Shown piece after piece: positions 1 through 9,261 of a stretch of 24,757 nt of DNA (within the stretch, counting starts at the first letter, position 1; each line of letters opens with the position of its first letter). Position numbers and translations under genes: made by a program. Source of the DNA: a virus. Lineage: Duplodnaviria; Heunggongvirae; Uroviricota; Caudoviricetes. The notes beneath the pieces are model-generated. The model had not been told where the DNA came from and did not search any database. It saw nothing but the letters and a program-made list of their open reading frames with translations. The DNA lies in IMG/VR virus record IMGVR_UViG_2648501797_000006, positions 1-24,757 of that record; one strand, written 5' to 3'.

Positions 1-135
1 TCAAAACATGTAAAGCCTTGCAAGCCATTGCGAGGCCTTATGTGTCTCAGTTTTGTCCCACCTTGTATTACGACTTGCATAGCCAATGAAGATAAACGTG
101 ACGACAAACGGCGCAGCAGTCTTCTTTTCCTTCAT
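1..135 (-). CDS. Possible small hydrophobic protein (44 aa, MKEKKTAAPFVVTFIFIGYA...); speculative
   Basis: In-frame ATG at 133..135 (complement) preceded by GGGGA; stop at 1..3; one hydrophobic helix-length segment. Lies inside the longer 1..345 track ORF. No recognised family. Confidence 0.2.
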   Translation of the reverse strand: MKEKKTAAPFVVTFIFIGYASRNTRWDKTETHKASQWLARLYMF

Positions 136-295
136 ACTTTCCCCACCCAGCATGCATACCTTTATGCCATAACTGAAGTTTATGTCTGTTATGAGCGAGG
201 AGCGGAAGTCCGCAATTGTTCTTGCAACTAGGGCAGCTAAAAGACATGGCAGGCAAATGTCTACATGTAGGATACACCTGCTATCATAAAGAATC

Positions 296-1075
296 TTAGT
301 CCTGAAGCATTTTAACTTTCTTCTCATGCTTTTTATATTCGCCATTTATCCATTCAGGTTCTTCCCGAATAGCTGATCGCATACAGTGTGTTGGGATATC
401 ATTCCAGAAAGCTGTAATCGCATCTGCAAACTCTATAAACTGTGTTTCTGTAACCTCAAGTTGCTCATGACGTAGACTAAATCTATAGCCTCCTGGAATA
501 TTGATATCCTGATAATACTCAGGATGCGCGATGGAAAGCTCCCGATGGGCATGGCCATCACCGTGCTTATAAACATTGACTACTTGGCGACAGGCATCGA
601 TTTTTTCGTAATAAGCCTTGCCGGTGATATCCATCCCAACCCATTCTAGAATTTCAATTAGCCTTGGGAAGCCGATGTCCCAGATCATCGATGTTACGGG
701 TTTAGAGTCGAGCCAATGGCTGAATTCACGGATACACTTTTCTCGAAGTTCCTTATCGAACTGGTGAAACATTCCTGCTGTCAGAGCAAGTGAAACCGTA
801 TTTTTCATATCACTGAGGGCAATCCAATGTGAAATTCCTTCATCATGAGCCTGTTCCCAGATAGCCCCCTCGTCGTCATAATCGGGGTCAAAACGCTTAC
901 CGGCGGCCTCATAGTAATCTTTTTCTTTCTGCCGAGCTTCAGCTTCAAGATCAGAATCGCTAAACTGCGAAAATAAACGTTTTCTGGCTTCAGAAACATA
1001 AAAATTGTGTTTGTCGAGGAAGTAAGCCCGATCAATGGTTGCAAAATAAAAAAGTGAAAAATCTTTTTCGCTCAT
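296..1075 (-). CDS. Hypothetical protein, 259 aa, no family recognised (candidate prophage cargo)
   Basis: Track ORF 296..1153; likely start is the ATG at 1073..1075 (MSEKDFSLFYF...), preceded by AGGGAG. Stop TAA at 296..298. Contains HGDGHAHRELSIAH (an Rx5H spacing). Confidence 0.6.
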   Translation of the reverse strand: MSEKDFSLFYFATIDRAYFLDKHNFYVSEARKRLFSQFSDSDLEAEARQKEKDYYEAAGKRFDPDYDDEGAIWEQAHDEGISHWIALSDMKNTVSLALTAGMFHQFDKELREKCIREFSHWLDSKPVTSMIWDIGFPRLIEILEWVGMDITGKAYYEKIDACRQVVNVYKHGDGHAHRELSIAHPEYYQDINIPGGYRFSLRHEQLEVTETQFIEFADAITAFWNDIPTHCMRSAIREEPEWINGEYKKHEKKVKMLQD

Positions 1076-1451
1076 GGGGATCTCCCTCGTTTCGTCAGTT
1101 CTACAAGCCCTTGGAAGTAGGCTGCTAATAAAGAAAAGATTACATTTGAACAACTGTGCAAGATAGCAGTACGCCTAAAGGTAGTGCAAGTATCCCAACT
1201 AAGGTAACGATGCGTTTTCAAATATATAACTTAACGCTCGCGATATCCGCTTCTGGCACGAGGCGGACAGAACATGTGGACATGACGTCAGCTCTAAGCG
1301 AGGAGCTGATGCTAGCGGGGTAGGTTCAGTACAATCATAGGAGAGATCCAAAGTGTGCAGACACTGACTAAATTAAAGAAAATAGCATCTACGCTATATG
1401 GATATTAATAATGTCTATGACGAATATCATTATACGGGTAATGACTCCAAC

Positions 1452-1955
1452 TTATTGATAGTGTTTTATGTTCAGATAATGCCCGATGACTTTGTCATGC
1501 AGCTCCACCGATTTTGAAAACGACAGCGACTTCCGTCCCAGCCGTGCCAGGTGCTGCCTCAGATTCAGGTTATGCCGCTCAATTCGCTGCGTATATCGCT
1601 TGCTGATTACGTGCAGCTTTCCCTTCAGGCGGGATTCATACAGCGGCCAGCCATCCGTCATCCATATCACCACGTCAAAGGGTGACAGCAGGCTCATAAG
1701 ACGCCCCAGCGTCGCCATAGTGCGTTCACCGAATACGTGCGCAACAACCGTCTTCCGGAGCCTGTCATACGCGTAAAACAGCCAGCGCTGGCGCGATTTA
1801 GCCCCGACATAGCCCCACTGTTCGTCCATTTCCGCGCAGACGATGACGTCACTGCCCGGCTGTATGCGCGAGGTTACCGACTGCGGCCTGAGTTTTTTAA
1901 GTGACGTAAAATCGTGTTGAGGCCAACGCCCATAATGCGGGCTGTTGCCCGGCAT
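1452..1955 (-). CDS. insB: IS1 InsB frame (transposase made as an InsAB' fusion by -1 frameshifting)
   Basis: 167-aa frame overlapping the insA 3' end, sequence ...[27 protein letters not shown]... typical of IS1 InsB. Confidence 0.9.
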
Positions 1956-2149
1956 CCAACGCCATTCATGGCCATATCAATGATTTTCTGGTGCGTACCG
2001 GGTTGAGAAGCGGTGTAAGTGAACTGCAGTTGCCATGTTTTACGGCAGTGAGAGCAGAGATAGCGCTGATGTCCGGCGGTGCTTTTGCCGTTACGCACCA
2101 CCCCGTCAGTAGCTGAACAGGAGGGACAGCTGATAGAAACAGAAGCCAC
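1874..2149 (-). CDS. insA: IS1 InsA (91 aa)
   Basis: Translation [43 protein letters not shown]... matches IS1 InsA from memory. Confidence 0.9.
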
Positions 2150-2515
2150 TGGAGCACCTCAAAAAGACCATCATACACTAAATCAGTAAGTTGGCAGCAT
2201 CACCAATCAAACGATAGTTTGCAATGACAATATAAACGTTTTCAGTGAGTTAAGCAATACTAGGAAATTATGAGACAGATTACGTCGCCTCCACCATAAT
2301 GATTAACGAACCGTACTTTTTGCAAAGTCCGCATCTGGCACATAGCAGACCAGAGACACTGGCGTAAAGCCATGGAGGATCGGTGGGAGGAGGTAAAAAT
2401 CCTCTCATGCAAAAAATACGCAAAATCGATAACAGTTGGAAATCATTCAATACTCGCACTATCGGAAGTTCACCAGCCAGTCGTAGCACGTTCTTGCATA
2501 CGACGTGCTACGGTT

Positions 2516-2911
2516 TCATTTATCTCCGACCGGAAACCTCTTATACAAAGTCGATATGCCAATATCATAGATGATCGCCACCTTCTGGCGAGGAACTCCT
2601 GATGCAATTAATCGTCCGGCCTGTGCCCATTGTTCTGGTGTAAGTTTGGGACGTCGTCCACCAATTCGTCCCTGTGCGCGAGCAGCTTCCAGGCCAGCTT
2701 TTGTTCGTTCAACAATCAGTTCTCGTTCCATTTCAGCCAGGGCACCCATCACATGAAAGAAGAAGCGCCCCATAGGCGTACTCGTATCGATGCTATCCGT
2801 CAGGCTCCGGAAGTTAACACCTTTCTCCCGCAGTTCCTCCACTAACCCAACAAGATGTCGCATGCTGCGACCGAGGCGGTCACGCTTTCAGACCACCAGC
2901 GTATCGCCTTC
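2516..2911 (-). pseudogene. Pin/Hin/Gin-family serine DNA invertase remnant: N-terminally truncated with an in-frame nonsense codon
   Basis: Track ORF 2516..2863 gives ...RSLTDSIDTSTPMGRFFFHVMGALAEMERELIVERTKAGLEAARAQGRIGGRRPKLTPEQWAQAGRL..., an invertase C-terminal two-thirds. Reading upstream in frame gives EGDTLVV-stop-KRDRLGRSM: TGA at 2888..2890 (complement) replaces the conserved Trp of GDTLVVWKLDRLGRS. Similarity ends near 2911, so the catalytic-serine N-terminus is absent. Confidence 0.8.
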
Positions 2912-3026
2912 AGATATGCATCCTTGCTAAACTTAGATCGCCGGTCACCAACTAAGCATGCAGTATGCGTTATGTTTTTTATTGCTCCCAGGGTAATGTG
3001 TCCACTAACTAAACAAGGAGATAGTG

Positions 3027-3578
3027 ATGCTGCATACTATGAATTTCACGGTGCCCGTAAATCAGTCCACCGTTAACGCTTTAATTAGCAATTGCCTTGG
3101 AGCTATCAATCAGGGGGCGACTGAGTTAAACATTTACATTTCCAGTCCGGGCGGTGACCTCGTTGCAGGTTTTACTGCTTATCACTTTCTAAAGGCCCTA
3201 CCAATCCCAGTAAAGACCCATAACCTTAGCAATGTTGAATCAGTCGCTAATATCATTTTTCTTGCAGGGTCTGAACGTAAGGCGAATCCTGGGAGTCGGT
3301 TCTTACTGCATCCTTTTCACTGGGGCTTGATGGGCCCAAGCGTGGATCACTCACGCGTCAGTGAGTGGAGCGCGTGTCTCAATAATGACCTGGAGCGTTT
3401 TGTCGATATTTTGGAGAGTCAGATTGAGCTCAGTAAGAGCCGCAATGAGTGGAAGGAGGTTATCTCCGCCGCCACCATAGCCAATGCCTCTACAGCTCTG
3501 GATTGGGGGATGGTTCACGAGGTTGCCGCCGCCACTTACCCGCAGGCACCCGGCACATACTGGTGGATTAACTGTTAA
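3027..3578 (+). CDS. ClpP-fold (peptidase S14-like) serine peptidase-like protein, 183 aa
   Basis: AAGGAG at 3015..3020, 6 nt before ATG 3027. ...ELNIYISSPGGDLVAGFTAYHFL...SNVESVANIIFLAGSERKANPGSRFLLHPFHWG parallels ClpP ...YINSPGGVITAGMSIYDTM...GQAASMGAFLL...RVMIHQPLGG, with Ser and His at the corresponding positions. Assignment from recalled motifs only. Confidence 0.55.
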   Translation: MLHTMNFTVPVNQSTVNALISNCLGAINQGATELNIYISSPGGDLVAGFTAYHFLKALPIPVKTHNLSNVESVANIIFLAGSERKANPGSRFLLHPFHWGLMGPSVDHSRVSEWSACLNNDLERFVDILESQIELSKSRNEWKEVISAATIANASTALDWGMVHEVAAATYPQAPGTYWWINC

Positions 3579-3737
3579 CATAATTACCTCTCAAATTTAA
3601 ATTGGGCAGAGATGCCAGCATCCAGGCTCGCGCCTGGACGATTGTCTGATGATGAAAAGTGCAGTTTAATCTGTGGCTGGATTATCTGGATGCACTGGAG
3701 CTGGTTGATACCTCCAGTGCGCCAGATATTGAATGGC

Positions 3738-4148
3738 CTACTCCTCCGGCAGTTCAGGCCAGATGACATCCGGTGCGGTGCTGGTATCTGTTGCCGTCAC
3801 AGCGTCGATATAATCCAGCACAACGTTAAGTCGGGTAGTTTCTTCTTGCGTCAGTTTGCGCCCGGCCTGCAGCTTTAACTGAATCACGCTGATATTGACC
3901 ATTGCTGCGTCTATCAGCGACTGTTTTTTTTGTTCAGCGTCAGCTACCAGTTCATCATGAGAACGTTCCGGAGGGAGCGGCGCAGTAAATACCCCGTCTG
4001 AATACCCCCAGCCGATTCCGGGATGCTCACTGATATCAGAAATATCAATGAGCTGCTGATTATCCGGCACTGTGAATTCAGCCTCGCCATCCCAGACAAT
4101 GACATTCACAACCATCCCATTTTCAATAACTGCATATGACGCATTCAT
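3738..4148 (-). CDS. Tail fibre assembly protein (Tfa/gpU-like)
   Basis: C-terminus ...LDYIDAVTATDTSTAPDVIWPELPEE is the conserved Tfa C-terminal motif. Start ATG (complement 4146..4148) follows GAGGAG and overlaps the upstream stop as TAATG. Confidence 0.7.
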   Translation of the reverse strand: MNASYAVIENGMVVNVIVWDGEAEFTVPDNQQLIDISDISEHPGIGWGYSDGVFTAPLPPERSHDELVADAEQKKQSLIDAAMVNISVIQLKLQAGRKLTQEETTRLNVVLDYIDAVTATDTSTAPDVIWPELPEE

Positions 4149-4624
4149 TATGCAAACTCCTCGATAATACAAATCCCAGCAGCACCTTTCCCGCCTGTCA
4201 TACTGGTTCCGCTATAACCGGCATCGTATGCGCCACCGCCACCTGAACCATATACCTTACCACTAACACCACCGCCAGCGCCTGCGCGTCCACCGCCCCC
4301 CCAGTACGATGTTCCGCCTTCACCGCTGACGCCGATATTTCCGGACTGACCGTCGCCTCCATTTCCACCAATGATGTTGATACCGCCAGTACTTGGCACA
4401 CCGCCGTTATCGTCTTCGGTCAGCTCGCTGATGACCGAAAAATCGAACTGATAAATCAGCTCATGACGATTCAGATCCAGCAGCGTGCCGCCGTCATAAG
4501 TAATCGGGTTACCGCACGCTTCCGGGTTCCAGCCCAGAATGGCCTTAAAGAGCATCTGCCGGATATCGTCCACCACATCATACGAGGCAAACTGACCGCG
4601 CTCATCACGCCCGTTCCAGCTCTT
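4148..4624 (-). pseudogene. Tail fibre C-terminal (receptor-binding, Gly-rich) fragment lacking its N-terminal portion
   Basis: Frame is open from 4624 to stop 4148..4150 with only an alternative GTG at 4576; the Gly-rich C-terminus is directly followed by tfa. Upstream is the terminase gene, not the rest of a fibre gene. Confidence 0.6.
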
Positions 4625-6104
4625 TCATCGGGTCGGACATGTTGGTGTAGTTCTGAATGATGGTGATGGGATTCAGGTCTTCATCAGCAAGGTCATGTGA
4701 CAGCCCGGTCGCCCCGAAGGGGTCGATGGGTGACTCGCTGACCGGGCTGATTTTGTTCGCTGCTTTGGCCTCTTCGAGGATGTAGCGATAATCCACCTCT
4801 GCACCATCGGTAACGGTCAGGACGCCCATTTCCACCCATTTCTGAAAGCGTTCGGCTGTCCGGCGATCTTCATTTTTCTCGACGCTGTACACCGTGTCAT
4901 ACGGTACCCAGAAACGCGGGGCCACACTGTAGTAATGCGTTTTACCGTCAATCTCGCGGGTATAAAGTCGCGCCATGCTGTTCATATCCAGCTTACGCGC
5001 CAGGTCAAAGGCCAGAATGCACGGCTGCCCCTCGAACTGCTCAAGGGTCAGTGATTTATCCTCGCAGCTCTGCCAGCTCACCAGGTTGAAATACGCCGAA
5101 CGCGCCGACACCCAGATATTGAGGTGTTTTGTTTTAAAGACGTTTGCCAGACGGGCGTTATTTTTCGCACGCTGCTGCTGACTTAACAAAAATTCGCGAT
5201 AAACCGACACGCCAATATTTGGATTGGCTTTTTCCAGCACCTGCGGGTCGGTCCAGTCGTCACCTTCATCAACGGTATAGATGATCCCGAACAGTTCATC
5301 GTTGGGCACCGAGCCGTTGAGCATCTCGATGACTTCCCGCCGCTTGTCGTAGCACGGCCCCTCAATGTTGTACCCGGCAGTAGTAATGGCCCACATCAGT
5401 GGCTGACGTCGCGCCCCCATCCCGGTAAGCATCGTGGTGTAAAGCGCATCGGTGGCGTGCTCGTGATATTCATCCACCACCGCACAGTGGGGTGATGATC
5501 CATCACCGGGGTTACCGATCAGCGGTTCAAACCGCGCGCCATCCTCCGGACGGTTCATGTTTGAGGCGTTAACCTCAATCCCGAACGCTTCCGTCAGCAT
5601 GGGCGTGCGTTTACACATCAGTCGCGCCGGGCGAAAGACTTCCCACGCCTGTTTCTCTGTCGTGGCACCGGAATACACTTCCGCGCCAAACTCGTTATCA
5701 CAGGCAAAACAATACAGGGCGACACCGGCAGAGATTGCCGATTTGCCGTTCTTACGGGGGATTTCGGTATACACCTCCCGGAAGCGGCGCAGCCGGGAGC
5801 CTTTATTGACCCAGCCAAACGCACAGCAGATCACAAAGAGCTGCCACGGCTCCAGCGTGATGGGCATCCTCTTGAATGCCCACTCACCCTTGGTGTGCGG
5901 CAACAGCTGAATAAATTTGGCGGCTCGTTCAGCCAGGTCCTTGTCGAAGCGGTAACGAAACGACTTACTTTTTTCCGCCATCAGGTCATCAAGATGGCGC
6001 TGGCAGGCCTGAATCACAAACTGGCAGGCCACAATCTTTCCGCGAAAGACATCCCGGGCATACTGATTGGCAGCATTTACGTTGGGGTAAGATTTCCGGC
6101 TCAT
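4605..6104 (-). CDS. Terminase large subunit (Terminase_1-like, 499 aa)
   Basis: 499-aa frame; its ATG overlaps the TerS stop as ATGA (6101..6104). Placed after HNH and TerS as in HK97-type packaging modules. Confidence 0.85.
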   Translation of the reverse strand: MSRKSYPNVNAANQYARDVFRGKIVACQFVIQACQRHLDDLMAEKSKSFRYRFDKDLAERAAKFIQLLPHTKGEWAFKRMPITLEPWQLFVICCAFGWVNKGSRLRRFREVYTEIPRKNGKSAISAGVALYCFACDNEFGAEVYSGATTEKQAWEVFRPARLMCKRTPMLTEAFGIEVNASNMNRPEDGARFEPLIGNPGDGSSPHCAVVDEYHEHATDALYTTMLTGMGARRQPLMWAITTAGYNIEGPCYDKRREVIEMLNGSVPNDELFGIIYTVDEGDDWTDPQVLEKANPNIGVSVYREFLLSQQQRAKNNARLANVFKTKHLNIWVSARSAYFNLVSWQSCEDKSLTLEQFEGQPCILAFDLARKLDMNSMARLYTREIDGKTHYYSVAPRFWVPYDTVYSVEKNEDRRTAERFQKWVEMGVLTVTDGAEVDYRYILEEAKAANKISPVSESPIDPFGATGLSHDLADEDLNPITIIQNYTNMSDPMKELERA

Positions 6105-6595
6105 GATTCGATGATTTTCAGAAACGGGTTAGTAGCTTTCTTCTGCCCCGCCAGGCCAATCAGACGCTGGCGGCTGCTGGGGTCGAGTCCGAGCATTGCC
6201 CCCGTGCTGCTCATCTCGGACTCCTGTTCTTTTTTGGCGGTCAGCTCAGGATTTTTGACCATACCGCCCATTGCACCGGTGATGGTGTTGCCCTGTCTGG
6301 CAATATTTTTCACGGCACGTCGCCAGAACTCATAGGCCACACACCACCGCTCAAGCACCGCGAGGTCAGTCACGCACAGCAGGCCCTGACCGCAAAGTTC
6401 TTTAGTTGTCAATTGCCACATGATCGTGGCGAGAGGGAGATCTTCTTCAGCGAACCACTCCGGTGGCTCAACACCTTTGATGGGCGTAAAAACAGGTTCA
6501 TCTTTATTCAGGGCTCGCTTGCCGGGGTTTCCGGCCAGCGCCTTGCGCGCCGTTGGCTTGGGGCGACGCCCGGAACGCCCCGCCGTTCCAGCCAT
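6101..6595 (-). CDS. Terminase small subunit (P27-like)
   Basis: Basic N-terminus [27 protein letters not shown]...; ATG at complement 6593..6595 with GGAG 8 nt upstream (the track used an upstream GTG). Directly upstream of TerL. Confidence 0.7.
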   Translation of the reverse strand: MAGTAGRSGRRPKPTARKALAGNPGKRALNKDEPVFTPIKGVEPPEWFAEEDLPLATIMWQLTTKELCGQGLLCVTDLAVLERWCVAYEFWRRAVKNIARQGNTITGAMGGMVKNPELTAKKEQESEMSSTGAMLGLDPSSRQRLIGLAGQKKATNPFLKIIES

Positions 6596-6720
6596 ATGCG
6601 GCACTCCTGGTTAAATTTCATTTTTCGCGGGTATAAAAAAACGATGGGGCGGGCAGTCCTGAAGACGTCAGGGTACAGAGATTTGACCCGCCCCTCCCCT
6701 CTGGCAGTGGGAACTGGTTC

Positions 6721-7071
6721 TTACTTCAGCCGTTCACGGGCCGTCTTCGCCTTATGACACGGCCAGCACAAACTCTGCAGATTACTGTCGACATCAGTGC
6801 CGCCATGCGATTTAGGGATGATGTGGTCAACGGTCTTCGCCTCACGCACCACACCAGCACGCAGACATAACTGACACAGGCCTTTGTCACGCTTCAGGAC
6901 ACGCGCGCGGATACTTTCCCACTTCGAACCGTAGCCGCGCTGATGACGGGATTGTCCAGGTTTGTATTGCTTCCAGCCTTCGCTTTTGTGGCTTTCGCAG
7001 TAGCCTGAAGGGTCCGTGGTTGTAGAGCGGCAGCCGCGAACACGGCAGGCTTTTGGGGTTCGTGGGGGCAT
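6721..7071 (-). CDS. HNH endonuclease (packaging-associated)
   Basis: Cys/His pattern C..C...HIIPKSHGGTDVDSNLQSLCWPCH typical of phage HNH proteins next to terminase genes; GGAG 6 nt before the ATG. Confidence 0.8.
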   Translation of the reverse strand: MPPRTPKACRVRGCRSTTTDPSGYCESHKSEGWKQYKPGQSRHQRGYGSKWESIRARVLKRDKGLCQLCLRAGVVREAKTVDHIIPKSHGGTDVDSNLQSLCWPCHKAKTARERLK

Positions 7072-7595
7072 ATGTACTCCAATGAAGAAACCAGCGAAAT
7101 AGCAGCCTTCATTCGTAGTAAACCTTTTTCATCAACGCAGTAATGGATTCTTTGAAGAGTCGCAATCAATACAACTCACTAATGGAGAGACTTGTCTCAC
7201 GCATGAGACAAATTTCCCGTTTGATTTAATGGACACTATAGAGGGACAGAATGCCTTCCTCACTCGAATCACATCAATTAAGGAGGTTCAACATGTTTCA
7301 TTCCACAAGTCATCAGGCTGTAATTATGGCAGCATCAGTTTGTGCCACAGACCTTTTCCGCTTCACTTTGAGCCTGATTCATTTCTACCTGACCGGCTCG
7401 CCTCTATCTTTTTAATCCCCACTTTATCCAAATTGCATTGCCAGAATGCCGACAACAGACTGACATTCAAATCCTGACTACCTCCAATAGGCTGAGCATC
7501 CACCTATATAGTTTTAATTTTCATCAATCCATTTAACTATCGTTTAATTGTTGTCACATAGGATTCTGCCGTTTTTAACAATGCAGGATAATAAG

Positions 7596-7889
7596 ATGAA
7601 AAAAATGTTGTTTTCTGCCGCTCTGGCAATGCTTATTACAGGATGTGCTCAACAGACGTTTACTGTTGGAAACAAACCGACAGCAGTAACACCAAAGGAA
7701 ACCATCACCCATCATTTCTTCGTTTCGGGAATTGGACAGGAGAAAACTGTTGATGCAGCCAAAATTTGTGGCGGCGCAGAAAATGTTGTTAAAACAGAAA
7801 CCCAGCAAACATTCGTAAATGGATTGCTCGGTTTTATTACCTTAGGCATTTATACTCCGCTGGAAGCGCGGGTGTATTGCTCACAATAA
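7596..7889 (+). CDS. bor: Bor lipoprotein (lambda bor homologue)
   Basis: MKKMLFSAALAMLITGCAQQTFTV...ICGGAENVVKTETQQTFVNGLLGFITLGIYTPLEARVYCSQ is near-identical to lambda Bor as recalled; lipobox LITGC; AGGA upstream of ATG 7596. Confidence 0.9.
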   Translation: MKKMLFSAALAMLITGCAQQTFTVGNKPTAVTPKETITHHFFVSGIGQEKTVDAAKICGGAENVVKTETQQTFVNGLLGFITLGIYTPLEARVYCSQ

Positions 7890-7920
7890 TTGCATGAGTT
7901 GCCCATCGATATGGGCAGCT

Positions 7921-8382
7921 CTATCTGCACTGCTCATTAATATACTTCTGGGTTCCTTCCAGTTGTTTTTGCATAGTGATCAGCCTCTCTCTGAGAGTGA
8001 AATAATCCCGTTCAGCGGTGTCTGCCAGTCGGGGGGAGGCTGCATTATCCATGCCGGAGGCGGTGGTGGCTTCACGCACTGACTGACAGACTGCTTTGAT
8101 GTGCAACCGACGACGACCAGCGGCGACATCATCACGCAGAGCATCATTTTCAGCTTTCGCATCAGCTAACTCCTTCGTGTATTTTGCATCGAGCGCAGCA
8201 ACATCACGTTGGCGCACCTGCATGTCAGTAATTGTCGAGTTCGCCAGCTTCAGTTCTCTGGCATTTTTGTCGCGCTGGGCTTTGTAGGTAATGGCGTTAT
8301 CACGGTAATGATTAACCGCCCATGACAGACAGACGATGATGCAGATAACCAGAGCGGAGATAATCGCGGTTAATCTGTTCAT
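7921..8382 (-). CDS. Rz: Rz i-spanin
   Basis: [48 protein letters not shown]... near-identical to lambda Rz; start overlaps the R stop as ATGA. Confidence 0.95.
   Translation of the reverse strand: MNRLTAIISALVICIIVCLSWAVNHYRDNAITYKAQRDKNARELKLANSTITDMQVRQRDVAALDAKYTKELADAKAENDALRDDVAAGRRRLHIKAVCQSVREATTASGMDNAASPRLADTAERDYFTLRERLITMQKQLEGTQKYINEQCR
7980..8162 (-). CDS. Rz1: Rz1 o-spanin, nested in the +1 frame of Rz
   Basis: [55 protein letters not shown]... matches lambda Rz1 with lipobox and Pro-rich tract. Confidence 0.9.
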   Translation of the reverse strand: MRKLKMMLCVMMSPLVVVGCTSKQSVSQCVKPPPPPAWIMQPPPDWQTPLNGIISLSERG

Positions 8383-8855
8383 ACCTCAATCTCTCTGACC
8401 GTTCCGCCCGCTTCTTTGAATTTTGCAATCAGGCTGTCAGCCTTATGCTCGAACTGACCATAACCAGCGCCCGGCAGTGAAGCCCAGATATTGCTGCAAC
8501 GGTCGATTGCCTGACGAATATTGCCGCGGTCAATCATCGGTAAAGCGCCACGCTCTTTAATCTGCTGCAGAGCTACAGCGTCCTGGCTTTCTGGAGAAAA
8601 ATCTTTCAGGCCAAGCTGTTTACGGTAAGCATCCCACCAGCGTGAAAGAAGCTGGTAACGTCCGGCGGCTGTTGATTTGAGTTTGGGGTTTAGCGTGACA
8701 AGTTTGCGAGGGTGATCGGAGTAATCAGTGAACAGTTCACCACCAACAATAACATCATAACCGTGGTTACGTGTCGGTTGTCGCCCGTTATCCGTTCCTT
8801 CTGACCAGGCCACCATATCAAGGAAAGCTTTACGCTGAGGATTTAGTTCCTGCAT
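8379..8855 (-). CDS. R: Endolysin R (lambda R-type lytic transglycosylase)
   Basis: ...[77 protein letters not shown]... near-identical to lambda R. Confidence 0.95.
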   Translation of the reverse strand: MQELNPQRKAFLDMVAWSEGTDNGRQPTRNHGYDVIVGGELFTDYSDHPRKLVTLNPKLKSTAAGRYQLLSRWWDAYRKQLGLKDFSPESQDAVALQQIKERGALPMIDRGNIRQAIDRCSNIWASLPGAGYGQFEHKADSLIAKFKEAGGTVREIEV

Positions 8856-8858
8856 AAA

Positions 8859-9185
8859 TTACTCCTTCGAGCTACCAAACTTGTTACCGATTACTCTCAT
8901 TGCCGCACCACGAATAGCATCGACCCCGATCAGCCCCACCCCACCACCAATAGCAACAGAAAGTGATTTAGGCCATCCGACATACTCAAGCGCGGATGCA
9001 AAGGTCAGTGTCAGAGCGCCACAGAGCAAAATCTCGAGCGTTTTTCGCTTCCAGCCGCCACCGCCACCAAAATAGGCAATACGTAAACCAGCCATAACGA
9101 TCGACATAATTACTGCGCCCAGTGGTGTGTCTCCACGCCACCAGCTCTGTACCAACTCCAGCCAGGTATTTGGGTTATGAGGCAT
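8859..9185 (-). CDS. Putative holin (three predicted TM segments)
   Basis: Immediately upstream of R; likely start at complement 9183..9185 (MPHNPNTW...) after GAGGTGAG; three hydrophobic segments. Not lambda S by sequence. Confidence 0.55.
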   Translation of the reverse strand: MPHNPNTWLELVQSWWRGDTPLGAVIMSIVMAGLRIAYFGGGGGWKRKTLEILLCGALTLTFASALEYVGWPKSLSVAIGGGVGLIGVDAIRGAAMRVIGNKFGSSKE

Positions 9186-9228
9186 TTCGTCATCTCTCAC
9201 CTCGCGATATTTGCGGGTGCTGTGTTGG

Positions 9229-9254
9229 AAATAAAAAGGCCACGCAACGTGGCC
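9229..9254 (-). terminator. Rho-independent terminator between the methyltransferase and holin genes
   Basis: Perfect stem GGCCACG-caa-CGTGGCC (9238..9254) followed on the minus strand by TTTTTATTT (complement of 9229..9237). Confidence 0.6.
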
Positions 9255-9261
9255 ACCAGAA

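Larger units (their letters stand above)
1437..2204 (-). mobile_element. IS1: IS1 insertion sequence, complete 768 bp, with terminal inverted repeats
   Basis: Ends read ggtaatgactccaacttattgat (1437..) and atcagtaagttggcagcatcacc (..2204), the IS1 termini; insA and insB frames are inside. Confidence 0.95.

Noticed and set aside
2531-2556. Possible invertase recombination half-site (gaaacc)
   Set aside because: Only one half of the AAACC..GGTTT pattern is present, and it lies inside the invertase coding remnant.
3351-3581. Gly-rich 76-aa minus-strand ORF that looks like a tail-fibre segment
   Set aside because: It is the antisense of the Ala/Thr-rich C-terminus of the ClpP-like ORF (GCC/ACC codons read as Gly) and has no start context.
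5557-5910. 117-aa + strand ORF
   Set aside because: Lies entirely inside the well-supported minus-strand terminase large subunit gene.
7229-7477. 82-aa + strand ORF between HNH and bor
   Set aside because: No RBS and not protein-like; the region is more likely regulatory DNA.
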